Below the pieces are notes generated by a model. It saw only the letters and a list, made by a program, of their open reading frames with translations. It was not told where the DNA came from and made no database searches. A DNA stretch of 64,000 nt from Thraustochytrium aureum (Eukaryota). The translations under genes were made by a program, and so were the position numbers. Where the stretch lies: positions 146,586 through 210,585 of the forward strand of contig BLSG01000137.1 of assembly GCA_012862495.1 (NCBI GenBank), written 5' to 3'. Position 1 is the first letter of the stretch. Every line of letters starts with the position of its first letter. Shown in pieces: positions 1-10,611 of the stretch.

Positions 1-201
1 GAGAGAGGGAGAGAGAGTCATAGCGCCCAGGGCGCAATGCTGACTGGTAATAGTTTGGGCTCAATCCGTCTACCTACTCCCCTATCTGTAGACCTGCCTG
101 CCTGCCTGCCTTCCTGGCTTCCGCTGAAGCGACGAGGAGCAGCTAGCTCTAGCTACCGTGTAGAGCGAGCGAGGCAGGGGATTGGCCCTGCCTTGCCTGG
201 A

Positions 202-650
202 TCACTTGCCGCAGCACTTTTTGTACTTGGTCCCGGACCCGCACGTGCAGGGCTCGTTGGGCTTGGTCTTCTTCTTGGAGGCCTGTGTCGGGCCGGTTGG
301 CTTTGGCCCAGAGATCGGGATGAAGCTGTTGTCCGGCTCGCAGTACTTGCGAAAGCCGTGGTCCTCTACGTTCTGCGAGACCTTGTTCAGGCGCGCAAGG
401 TCTGGGTGCTGCTCCAAGCTGCCCTCCGCAAACTTTGTGTGGCAGTCCTCGCACAGGTCGTGGTTTTTGCAGTTTTTGCACTGTCGCCGCTGGGCCGTCA
501 GCCGCCCCGCCCCGGCGCGCAACGGCTCGGGCCAGCCAGCCAGGCCGTCCTCTGGCCAGCAGCGAGCCAGCAGCGAGCCCCATCACTCACCTTGTACCTG
601 AACCCCTGGATCGGGCGCACGGCGCATCCATCGCAGGTGATCCCGTTGTG
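202..650 (-). CDS. 3' part of a ZZ zinc-finger + SEC-C motif protein (5' end in gap; intron 481-590)
   Basis: Removing a GTGAGT...GCTGAC...CAG intron (590->481) joins HNGITCDGCAVRPIQGFRYK to CKNCKNHDLCEDCH, a ZZ finger. The C-terminus PNEPCTCGSGTKYKKCCGK* is a SEC-C motif. Confidence 0.85.
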
Positions 651-1411
651 NNNNNNNNNNNNNNNNNNNNNNNNNNNNNNNNNNNNNNNNNNNNNNNNNN
701 NNNNNNNNNNNNNNNNNNNNNNNNNNNNNNNNNNNNNNNNNNNNNNNNNNNNNNNNNNNNNNNNNNNNNNNNNNNNNNNNNNNNNNNNNNNNNNNNNNNN
801 NNNNNNNNNNNNNNNNNNNNNNNNNNNNNNNNNNNNNNNNNNNNNNNNNNNNNNNNNNNNNNNNNNNNNNNNNNNNNNNNNNNNNNNNNNNNNNNNNNNN
901 NNNNNNNNNNNNNNNNNNNNNNNNNNNNNNNNNNNNNNNNNNNNNNNNNNNNNNNNNNNNNNNNNNNNNNNNNNNNNNNNNNNNNNNNNNNNNNNNNNNN
1001 NNNNNNNNNNNNNNNNNNNNNNNNNNNNNNNNNNNNNNNNNNNNNNNNNNNNNNNNNNNNNNNNNNNNNNNNNNNNNNNNNNNNNNNNNNNNNNNNNNNN
1101 NNNNNNNNNNNNNNNNNNNNNNNNNNNNNNNNNNNNNNNNNNNNNNNNNNNNNNNNNNNNNNNNNNNNNNNNNNNNNNNNNNNNNNNNNNNNNNNNNNNN
1201 NNNNNNNNNNNNNNNNNNNNNNNNNNNNNNNNNNNNNNNNNNNNNNNNNNNNNNNNNNNNNNNNNNNNNNNNNNNNNNNNNNNNNNNNNNNNNNNNNNNN
1301 NNNTCCACGCCACCGTTTGGCATCGTCAGGTCGGGCCCAAGGCGCGGCGCTCGAGCAGAAAAGTGGAAGGCGCTCCCGGACGCTGAGGCGCGTGGGACGC
1401 ACCGCGGCGGG

Positions 1412-2802
1412 ATGGCGGCGAGCGCGGACAAGGGGGTGGGCAAATATGACAAGTTGAGTGCGCATGATGCCGATATGGAGAGCAGCGACGACTCCGAGTC
1501 GTTCTACAGCGATGCCTCGGGCGTGGAGAGGCGGCTCAGACTCGAGGAACTCGCTGCCAGCAAATCGCTAGGGCTGGCGGCCGCCCAACGCCAGCCGCCT
1601 GGTACAGACGCGTGTGCTCGATGGCGGTGGTCTCGTGCGCCATATACTCGGTGGCATCGATCTCGATGGTACTCTCGAACAAATGGATCCTGAGCGGGTT
1701 CCACTTCAAGTACGACATGGTGCTATTGTTCTTCCAAAACTCCACCTCGCTTGTGATGCTGCTGGTTGCTCGAGCCATGGGCTGGATCACGTTCGAGGAC
1801 TTGAATCGGGAAAAGGCCCTGAGCTGGCTGCCTCTCAACTTTTTCTTCGTGCTGATGCTGCTGACAGGCTTCTTCAGCCTCGAGCAGCTCTCGGTGCCGA
1901 TGATGACCATCTTCAAGAACTCGGCCAACCTCCTGGTCACGTTCGGAGACTTTGCCTTTTACGGGCAGAGCGTCTCCCGCGGGGTCATTGGCTGCCTCGC
2001 GCTGATGATTGGAGCCGCCGTGTTTGCGGCGATCAACGACATCTCGCTCAACCGCGTCGGAATCGCGTGGGCGCTCTGCAACTGCGTGGTCTCGGCGGCT
2101 TACGTACTCTACATGCCGCGCGCGATGCGGCGGTCCCAACTGAGCAGCTACGGCAAGGTCTACTACAACAGCGCGCTGTCCCTGCCGCTGATCATTTGCC
2201 TCGACCTCGTCTCCTTCAACGATTTCGCGCGGCTGGCGCGCACGCCAGAGGCCGCCGAGAGCTTTGCGAACGTGCCGTTTATCTCGGTGCTGGTGTTCTC
2301 AGGGTTCGTGGGCTGCGCCATCAGCTTTGCATCGTTCAACTGCGTGCGCCACACCTCGCCAACGACCTTCTCCATGGTCGGCAGCATGAACAAGATCCCG
2401 CTCAGCGTGCTTGGTGTCTTCCTCTTCAACACGCACCTCACGGCCAAATCGACCGTCTTCATCGCGCTGTCACTGCTCGCGGGCATCCTTTACGCGTATA
2501 CAAAAGCCCACGAGGCTGAGCGCATTCGAAAGCGCATGGACGAGGGCGCCGCCAAGCCGAGCGGTTTTGTGAAGCAGGAACCCGAGCCTGCCAAGATTGA
2601 ATCTTCGGCCCCGTCAGCTGGTCCTCCCGTGGACGAGTCCGACGACCTCGAGTCGAGCAAGGCCAGCCTCCTGGGGCCCGCTGGAGGAGCGAGCGCTCAG
2701 CCGTCTAGCTCTGTCAGCGGGTTCATCGGTGCAGCGGGCTCCCGCATTGTGCGCATGGTGCGCCCGATGTCGACGCCCAAGCTGTCGTCTGACCGGCTCT
2801 GA
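1412..2802 (+). CDS. Nucleotide-sugar transporter, GDP-mannose transporter (VRG4/GONST) family; one frameshift near 1560-1600
   Basis: About 10 hydrophobic helices, SISMVLSNK, TIFKNSANLL, YYNSALSLP and TTFSMVGSMNKIP (GALNK-like motif). The N-terminal ORF 1412-1693 joins by one indel. Confidence 0.88.
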
Positions 2803-2996
2803 GCAAGCCCTTCGAGCCTCGGAGGTCGGGTTTTGACCATGCTTTTCGAACAGATGCCTGTTGCTTTTGAAACTGAGGCAGGTCGGCTGCCAAAACACCT
2901 TGAATGACTGACTGCTGTTGAGTTTGTTGAAAAAACTGTTTGGATCCGTTTTGTGTTACCGAGCACTGTGCTCTGCGTTACCCGCGACAGCTCGAG

Positions 2997-4158
2997 TCAG
3001 ACGCTACTTCTTCCCGGCAGAGCCACGAGGCAATCCAAGACAGCACCAGCGGCCGCAATGCCGCTCTCAAAGGCGCCGCGCACCCCGCTGTGCGGCCCGT
3101 ACGCGTCCGAGGCGTGAGCAATGCAGACCTCTCCATCTTTGGCAAAAAAGTAGGGCTGCGCGCAACTCGCCGCGCTCCCTTCACCATAGTCGGCGTAAAG
3201 CCACCGGTGGCTTTGCGTGTGCGCCAGAGGAGGCAGCGCCCCCGTGCTCGCCTGATCAAGGAGAGCACTGGCTTCCTGCGCGTAGAGGTCGGCAGCCTCG
3301 TTCTGCGCGAGCTCAATGTTCTGCATCGCAGACTGCCCGGTCGAATGGACGACCCAAAGGTCAGCGCCCTGCCCGCAGTCGTCATGGTCGACCTGGCGCG
3401 CCAGCGACCGAATGTGCTGGTGCGCCTCGCAAGTGAGAACATCAAAGGGGACGTCCACTTTGCCCGCAAAGCACAGCATCGTGCTCCAGCACGGCAGCAT
3501 AGCCCGCTCCAGCATCGTCGGCCCGCTTGGCGCACCGGGCCACAGGGCGATGGCCTGGGGGAATGGAAGCGTCAGCACAACGGCGTCAAACCCGCGATGC
3601 GACTCGTCTTGGTCCGTGACAAGCTCCCACCCGCTCTCGTCGCGTCTGAGGGCCTTGATTCGGCAGTTGAATCTCATGTCCTCGCACTGGCCAAACAAGT
3701 GCTTGATCGGCGCGTTGATCCCCGGAGCCCCGAAATACAGCCGAGGCGCTCGAACAGCGGGCGTGCCCGAGACTCCGTTGCCGCCAAGAGCCACGCGCAC
3801 GTCGTCGCGCGGCACGACGACGCCTGCATCGAGCAGCTCTTGCCATGTTTCCTGGAGGGGCGGGTCGAGGTCATCCCACTCGGTCCCCGAAAACCCGCCG
3901 CCCTCCTTGACAAAGTGTGACCCGTCGCCAAGAAAGTGAGCGCCATGACGAAACGCCAGCGTCGCGCCGCGCAGCGGCCCTTGCGACACAGTGGTCCTCC
4001 GCGTCGAGAGTCGCCCGCCGACACCTCGGCTCTTTTCGAAACCCCACACGCGCACGTTCAAGTTGACCTTGGCGCCGCCGCGGACGAGGCGGTGCGCGCA
4101 TGCCGCGCCGGCGGCTCCGCAGCCGATGATCGCCACGCGGACAGTCTTTTGGGGCGCC
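2997..4158 (-). CDS. Renalase-like FAD/NAD(P)-dependent oxidoreductase (start at or in gap)
   Basis: VAIIGCGAAG Rossmann motif, FEKSRGVGGRLSTRR, FRHGAHF, HRWLYA, GVRGAFESGIAAA. Confidence 0.88.
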
Positions 4159-4504
4159 NNNNNNNNNNNNNNNNNNNNNNNNNNNNNNNNNNNNNNNNNN
4201 NNNNNNNNNNNNNNNNNNNNNNNNNNNNNNNNNNNNNNNNNNNNNNNNNNNNNNNNNNNNNNNNNNNNNNNNNNNNNNNNNNNNNNNNNNNNNNNNNNNN
4301 NNNNNNNNNNNNNNNNNNNNNNNNNNNNNNNNNNNNNNNNNNNNNNNNNNNNNNNNNNNNNNNNNNNNNNNNNNNNNNNNNNNNNNNNNNNNNNNNNNNN
4401 NNNNNNNNNNNNNNNNNNNNNNNNNNNNNNNNNNNNNNNNNNNNNNNNNNNNNNNNNNNNNNNNNNNNNNNNNNNNNNNNNNNNNNNNNNNNNNNNNNNN
4501 NNNN

Positions 4505-5065
4505 GTGCTGACGCCAGCCGGCTGCGCCACCGGCACGGACCGCGTATTCGCTGCAACACGGGCGCTCGGGCTTGAGCCTGACGCGCTCGTTGTCAACGTG
4601 CAGGGCGACGAGCCGTTCGTTCGCCCTGCGCATGTTGACGCGCTCGTAGCTACGATGGCAGTCGCGGCGCACATCCCGATGGGCACGCTCGCCGTCCGCG
4701 AGTGGGACTACAAAGCAATGCAGGACCCGGCTCTCGTCAAGGTCGTCTTGGACGCGGCGGGGGATGCGCTATACTTTTCGAGGTCTCTGATTCCGCACCG
4801 CCGTGCAGACGTCGCGCTCCCCGCGCAGCCGCTGCTCCGGCACGTTGGCATGTACGCGTTTCGCTTTGCGTTTTTGGAGACGTTCGCCAGCCTGACCCAG
4901 GGCGCGTTGGAGCAGATTGAGATGCTTGAACAGCTCCGCGTGCTCGAGGCTGGCTACAAGATCCGCGTCGGCGTTGTCGAGGGCCCCGTCTGCGCGGGTA
5001 TCGACACGCAGGCCCAGCTCGACCACATCAACAAGGCTGCCTCGTACCCACCGTTTGGCGAGTGA
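4505..5065 (+). CDS. kdsB: 3-deoxy-manno-octulosonate cytidylyltransferase (CMP-Kdo synthetase), N-terminus in gap
   Basis: TGTDRV, VVNVQGDEPF, VKVVLD...ALYFSRSLIP, RHVGMYAFR, LEQIEMLEQLRVLEAGYKI, GIDT: the full KdsB motif series. Confidence 0.93.
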   Translation: MLTPAGCATGTDRVFAATRALGLEPDALVVNVQGDEPFVRPAHVDALVATMAVAAHIPMGTLAVREWDYKAMQDPALVKVVLDAAGDALYFSRSLIPHRRADVALPAQPLLRHVGMYAFRFAFLETFASLTQGALEQIEMLEQLRVLEAGYKIRVGVVEGPVCAGIDTQAQLDHINKAASYPPFGE

Positions 5066-5836
5066 CTCCTCTGTGAGCATTGGGAAAGGCCCAGCCAACG
5101 AGCGCCTAATCTCACGGCGTCCAACTGTCCGTCGTTTGCTACAGCAAGAAGCTGAATCGGGTTTCCAACCGAGCCCGAGCGGTGCCGTCAGAGCGTGTTG
5201 GGGGCGTCGCCGTCTTCGCGAATAGCAAACTGGCGTCGGCAACCAACCGGAATGCAACCAGCCTCCGCGACTCGCACGCTACATCGCGCCGTGTGCTCGC
5301 AGGCCACCAGGCCTCCTCGCCCTCTCGTCCACGACGGCGAGCCGCAGCGGCGCGACGCGAGCACACCAAAGCATGAAGAAAAACAACTCAGCCCTGCCTG
5401 ATTCATTTACTGATCTGGATTGAAACAGCACGACCGAGAAATCAACTAGGCGCGGCTCAGCCAGCCATCGCCGCCGCCGCGGTGGCGTCCCCGTCGTTGG
5501 TGCTGGCAGCGCCCGTCCATGCAGGTCCGCAGCAAGTGCAGAATTCAAAAAAAAAGGAAAATTGAGGCACGAAGGGGGAAAAACCAGAATCAGGCAGATC
5601 CCGTTCATTCAGGCTCCCGCAGCGCTCGGGAGGCGAGGAGCGGGCTGCGCCTCTGCTGCGCCCCTGCTGCGCCCCGCTGCGTCCCTGCGGGCTCTGGTTT
5701 CCTGCTGGTTTCCTGCTGCTGCCCTGCTGTCCCTCGGCCCCAGATCGAATCAGCAGGAGCAGGCGGTCGCGGCGGCTGGTCGCCGCGGCTGGTCTTGGCC
5801 GAGCCCAGCAAGTTTCGCCCGAACGGGAAGGTGGCG

Positions 5837-8800
5837 ATGGCGGCCGTGGCGGCGTCCGGGAGAGCTGACGCGACGGCGCGCGCGGCGCCTGCCATGGAGA
5901 TTTATGAGGAGACCAAGGCCGAGCTGGAGGCCATGGAGTATACAGAGTTTCTGGGACTGGAGTCGCTGCAGCTCGTGCGAAAGCTGCTGAGCGATCTCGT
6001 GCTGACGACCGAGAGCCACGAACGGCAGCAGACGCGACTTGCTGCGCTGGAGCGGGAGACGCAGCTGGCCCAGTCGGAGGCGTTCAACGCACAGCGCGAG
6101 AACGCGCGGCTCGTCCGCGACAACAACCAGCTGCATCTAGACATCATCAGCTCGAAGGAGGCTCTCGACGAGCGCGAGCGCACGCTGACAGCCCAAATCA
6201 GGACTGCCGAGGACCGCGCTGCAGAATCCGCCTTAATGGCAAAGCAGTGGCAGACCAAGTTCGAGCGAGCGGCTACCAAGCTCCGTGATATGCCCAACTC
6301 TGCACTGGGGGGTCGCGACTCCGCCCACGAGGCGCGCGACGAAGAGCGCGAGCGGACTGCTATTCAGCTCCTCGAGGCCCGGCTCGAGCGGCTCTCGAAA
6401 GAGGCCAACGATGCCCGCGCCAAGCTAGAGCACGCAGAGCACATGGTTGTCCTCCGCGACGAGGAAGTCGCGCGCCTCGCCAGCGAGCTTGAGCGGAAGG
6501 GCTCGGGGGGGCGGCAAGACAGCGCACGCCGCCAGCCCTCAGATGGCTCTGACCGGCCCGAGCAGCAAGCTACGCTTCCCGAAAGCAAGGTTGCGGCGCA
6601 GCTATACGACCAGATCGACTTTCTGAACGCGCAGCTCGCCGAGCAAGAGCGGAAACTTGTTCAAGCTCGAGCTGACTCGAAAGCGCTTGCCGAGGCTCGC
6701 GCCCAGCTGGAGGCCAAGGAGCGCGATCTGCGGCACGCCCTCGTCGAGCTCGGCACAGCGCACGGGGCGAGCTCAAAGCGCGACGCACAATCCAAGTCAG
6801 CATCGGCGCTTGCCGAGGCCCCACAAGACCCAGTGGCAACGAGCGACACGGACGAGGACGCCACGGACGATGCACGAGGAGCAGGCCAAGACGAGCGGCG
6901 AGGGGCTCGCTTCTCGCGTGATCTGGCTCGGCAGCATCCGGAGCTCGACCTGGCCCAGGCCCGCTCTGCAGAACTCGCAACGCTTCTGGAGGCGTACAGC
7001 GAGGACAAAAAACGCTTTGCCGCGACGACGGCAAGCCTCGAGCAAGAGCTCCAGCGTCACCAATCGATCGGGCAGCAGCTGCAAAGTCAACTAGACGAGG
7101 AGGCCAAGGCGCGAGCGCGTGCGGAGGCGTCGCTCGCCTCGCTTGAGCAAGCCAACCGCGCCCTACAGCGAGACCTCGAGAACAGCCAGCGCGCGCTCAC
7201 CAAGGTTCACGGCGATCGGGTGTCCTCTGAAGAGTCCCGCGCCGCCGCGACGCAAGAGGTCCTCGCGCTCGAGCAGGCCTTGGAAGAGCAGCGCGCGGAG
7301 GCAACCGCCCTTGGCAAAGAGGTCCAGCGCTCGCGCGAGCAGATCACCGCCCTCTCTGCTGCTGCGGAAGAGTTTAGGATTGAGCGCGACGCGCTCGAAG
7401 AACGGGCGACAGAGCTGGACGACGACGCGAGGCGAGCGCGTGCCGCCTTGGACGGTCTCCGCCATGAGCGCGACGGTCTACAGCGCCAACTGGATGCGCT
7501 CCTCGCAGACTTGAAAGAGGCCAAGCTTCAAGCGCAGGACGAGCGCGCCGAGCTGCACGAGGTCCGCGCAAAGGAGGAACGCGCGCAGGGCCGGTGCCGC
7601 GTCCTGGAGGAGGAGATTCGAACTCTGACACATCAGCTGGCCGCCAAGTCCGAGCAGTTCCACCGCGAGGCGGGCGCGCGCGCAGAACTCGAGCGGCTAT
7701 CTGACCTCCCCGGCGCGCTGCACGAGCTGGAGGAGCAGCTGACTCGCTGGCGAGAACGCGCTGCGAGCCTCGACACCGAGTCGAAGCGCATGGCCCGAGA
7801 GCTCGAGCAAGTCCGAGCCGAGAACGCAGAGCTGCTCGAGGAACGGGGCCGCATGGATGAAGCAATGTCGGCTCTGCGAGAGAAACAGCACGCAGCCAAC
7901 ACGCAGCTACGACACGTCAGCCTGGAGCTGGAAGAGGCCCGCGTCCGGCTTGCGGCTGTCAGCGAGGAACGCGATATCCTCGCCGCGGCCTCGAAGGTGA
8001 CCGCCGCGCAGCTCGTCGACAAGGCGGCGGCGTCCGCGACCCGGGACGCCGAAGTAGAAAAGGTTCGGATCACCGTCGAGCAGTCGGAAGCGCGCGCCGC
8101 TGCTGCTGAGCGCCGGGAGTTGGTTCTCAAGGAACAGATTGCGAGCCTTCGCCAGAGTCTATCTGCAGCAGAGGAAGGCCAGCTGCGCGCCGAGGCCGCC
8201 CTCACGGCGAGTCGGTCCGAGTCCTCGCGGCTCGGCGAGAGCGTGAGGGTGCTCGAGGCAGAGGCATCCCGCCTCCGCAGCGAGGAAAAAAGCTCTCCGA
8301 CGAGCTCGCCGCAAGCGAGANNNNNNNNNNNNNNNNNNNNNNNNNNNNNNNNNNNNNNNNNNNNNNNNNNNNNNNNNNNNNNNNNNNNNNNNNNNNNNNN
8401 NNNNNNNNNNNNNNNNNNNNNNNNNNNNNNNNNNNNNNNNNNNNNGGCAGCCGAACGGCAGATTGCCCAGTTCGAGGAAGCGGCTCGCGCTTCTGCCGAA
8501 AAAGTGGCCCACCTGGAACGCTCTGTACGCGAGCTCCACGAGCAGCGAAACAAGTTGCGCAAGCAACTCGAGTCTGGCGCCAAGGTAAGCAGCGACCTCG
8601 AGTCGGCTGTCACCAAACAAGAGCTTTCGTACCGCGAGCTGGAGCAGCGCCTCGGGGCCGCCAAAACGCACCTCCACGCGCAATCTCAGGCGCTCGACGC
8701 CCGAGACGCCGACGTGAGCAGGCTCACGGACGAGCTCCTCTCCACAAAGCGCAGCCTCGCTCACGCCGAGCAAGTGGCGAGCGCCCGAACCAGCGAACTT

Positions 8801-10078
8801 GACGCGGCCGCAGACGATCTGGCAAACATGACCCGCGAAAACCAAGCGATCAACGCGTCATGCCAGACTCTGCGCGTTGAGCGCGACCAGCTCCGAGCCC
8901 AGTTGAGTGAGGCCCTCTCGCGCGCTTCCCGGCTCGAGGGGTTGCTGGACAGCTCCAAAGTCAAGACCGCTGACCTTCTGAACGTGTACCGCCGCGCCTG
9001 CGACGAGAACGCGAGAATGAAGCGCCTGGTGCAAGAGCTCAGTACCTCGCGGGCTCGTGTCGTTGGCGAGAATCAAGTCCAGCAGGCGGACACCTCCCGC
9101 ATTCGCCAGAGGCTCGCCGAGTCGGAGGAGCTCTGCCGGCGCCAACAAGTGGACCTTGCGGCCTTTGAACGCCAGGTTGCTGAGCTCTCGAGGCAAATTC
9201 ACGGCTTGCAGTCGCGGCTCGAGCTGTACGAAGAAGAGAAAAGCGTCGCTGAGCAGACCGCGATATCGGCGAGGGAGACCACGCACGCCTTTGTCCAGCG
9301 CGAAGAGAGCCTGCGATGGGAACTGGCGCAGAACCAGGCCGAGATCGAGCGCCTGACGTCGCGCACGGCCAAATTGCAGGGCGATAACGAGGCCCTCCAC
9401 AACGCCTTGCTCAAAGAGAAGCGCCGATACCAGGATCTCGAGCTCGTCGTGTCGCGGTCGCGCCGGGCGCAAGCGCAAGCCGAGCAGGCCGAGCGTGCCA
9501 AGGACGAGTACATCCGCTCGTTGCAGTCAAGCCATCTCGATGAGGCAATTCAGGACGAGGTGCGCGGGACCAGTGAAGAGGCACGGTCAGCGACGAGCCT
9601 GCCACCGCAGCCCGGCTCGCCGCTCTTCGACCAAGTGCAAGACCGTTCGCAGTCCCTTTCTGCAACTGCGTCGCAAGGGTCTGCGAAAGGGCATGAGGGT
9701 TCTCGATCTTCCACGCCTCGCTCCGGCTCTTTCGTTGGGGCTGATTCGGGGAGTCCGTTTGGTCAGGGATTCAGCCCGCCATCCGAGCCCCGCACCCTTC
9801 ACCAGCACAAGCCTCCGTCTGAGCCCCGCACCCCTCCCCAGCACAAGCCGCCGTCCTCGCCCCTGACTGGCGCAAAGAGCGTCAGCACAACGAGCAGCGA
9901 CGTGGACCACATGTCTTCCGAGCTGGAGGCGCTGATCTCGGATCAGTCCGAGATCATCCGGCGCATGAACCTCGACAGGCACGCATTTGGTTCCGTCGCG
10001 ACCCAGGCCCGTGGCGAGCTGGAGGCTTCTTCGCAGCTACTTGGTCGCCAGCCTTCAGGCCATGACGACCGGCTGTAA
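5837..10078 (+). CDS. CEP135: Centriole cartwheel protein CEP135/BLD10-like long coiled coil (internal gap)
   Basis: N-terminal YEETKAELEAMEY..LGLESLQLVRKLLSDLVLTTES and ENARLVRDNNQLHL match the conserved CEP135 N-terminus. Over 1200 aa of heptad coiled coil follow. Confidence 0.8.
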   Translation: MAAVAASGRADATARAAPAMEIYEETKAELEAMEYTEFLGLESLQLVRKLLSDLVLTTESHERQQTRLAALERETQLAQSEAFNAQRENARLVRDNNQLHLDIISSKEALDERERTLTAQIRTAEDRAAESALMAKQWQTKFERAATKLRDMPNSALGGRDSAHEARDEERERTAIQLLEARLERLSKEANDARAKLEHAEHMVVLRDEEVARLASELERKGSGGRQDSARRQPSDGSDRPEQQATLPESKVAAQLYDQIDFLNAQLAEQERKLVQARADSKALAEARAQLEAKERDLRHALVELGTAHGASSKRDAQSKSASALAEAPQDPVATSDTDEDATDDARGAGQDERRGARFSRDLARQHPELDLAQARSAELATLLEAYSEDKKRFAATTASLEQELQRHQSIGQQLQSQLDEEAKARARAEASLASLEQANRALQRDLENSQRALTKVHGDRVSSEESRAAATQEVLALEQALEEQRAEATALGKEVQRSREQITALSAAAEEFRIERDALEERATELDDDARRARAALDGLRHERDGLQRQLDALLADLKEAKLQAQDERAELHEVRAKEERAQGRCRVLEEEIRTLTHQLAAKSEQFHREAGARAELERLSDLPGALHELEEQLTRWRERAASLDTESKRMARELEQVRAENAELLEERGRMDEAMSALREKQHAANTQLRHVSLELEEARVRLAAVSEERDILAAASKVTAAQLVDKAAASATRDAEVEKVRITVEQSEARAAAAERRELVLKEQIASLRQSLSAAEEGQLRAEAALTASRSESSRLGESVRVLEAEASRLRSEEKSSPTSSPQARXXXXXXXXXXXXXXXXXXXXXXXXXXXXXXXXXXXXXXXXXXAAERQIAQFEEAARASAEKVAHLERSVRELHEQRNKLRKQLESGAKVSSDLESAVTKQELSYRELEQRLGAAKTHLHAQSQALDARDADVSRLTDELLSTKRSLAHAEQVASARTSELDAAADDLANMTRENQAINASCQTLRVERDQLRAQLSEALSRASRLEGLLDSSKVKTADLLNVYRRACDENARMKRLVQELSTSRARVVGENQVQQADTSRIRQRLAESEELCRRQQVDLAAFERQVAELSRQIHGLQSRLELYEEEKSVAEQTAISARETTHAFVQREESLRWELAQNQAEIERLTSRTAKLQGDNEALHNALLKEKRRYQDLELVVSRSRRAQAQAEQAERAKDEYIRSLQSSHLDEAIQDEVRGTSEEARSATSLPPQPGSPLFDQVQDRSQSLSATASQGSAKGHEGSRSSTPRSGSFVGADSGSPFGQGFSPPSEPRTLHQHKPPSEPRTPPQHKPPSSPLTGAKSVSTTSSDVDHMSSELEALISDQSEIIRRMNLDRHAFGSVATQARGELEASSQLLGRQPSGHDDRL

Positions 10079-10611
10079 ATACAGTGCTCGCGCAGCAGAA
10101 GTGGGGGCAAAAGCAGCGCTCTTGCAGCACGAGCAAGTTGTTGGCGGGATTCGAATGCCCAGGCTGGGCGCCGCAGGGGAGCGGTGAGGTTTGATGAGGT
10201 CCTGCCGACGCGTCCACGTGACTCGAGGATGTAGCAGAGCTGTGAAAAGAAAAAATGTCTTCTTCAAAGAGAACAATCCCCTCCGCCGGGCCTGCCGCGT
10301 CCACTGCACGGCCGCGGCTGGTCGAAACAGGCCTGATAGTAGTAGGCCTTCTGCGGGAAACGGGGCACCGGCTGGCGAGGTCGTAGGTTCATAGAGGGGG
10401 CCTCAGGCCCAAATAACGGCTAACGGCTCGCGAGCGACATGCTCACTGCGCTGTGTCGGTGTCTGGTGAGCCAGCAGAGAAGCAGAGCTGGCCTGCTCTA
10501 CTCACCCCCGTGCTCCTTTACTGATAGTTCCGTTTCGTTTGCAGGTGTTCTGCAGGACACGGTTGAGCTCGGCGAGGGCTTCTCTCCGCGTCGTCGGCAA
10601 GGCGTCAACGG

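Noticed and set aside
37..1465. Long ORFs spanning N gaps (here and at the other gaps)
   Set aside because: Length is an artefact of translating Ns, and frame across gaps is unknowable.
9775..9860. 36-bp repeat encoding PPSEPRTxxQHK in the CEP135 tail
   Set aside because: Ordinary internal duplication in a disordered region.
10439..10611. Possible upstream exon and GTGAGC...TTTGCAG intron (10466-10544) for the membrane protein
   Set aside because: The spliced product is out of frame with the main ORF unless another indel is assumed.
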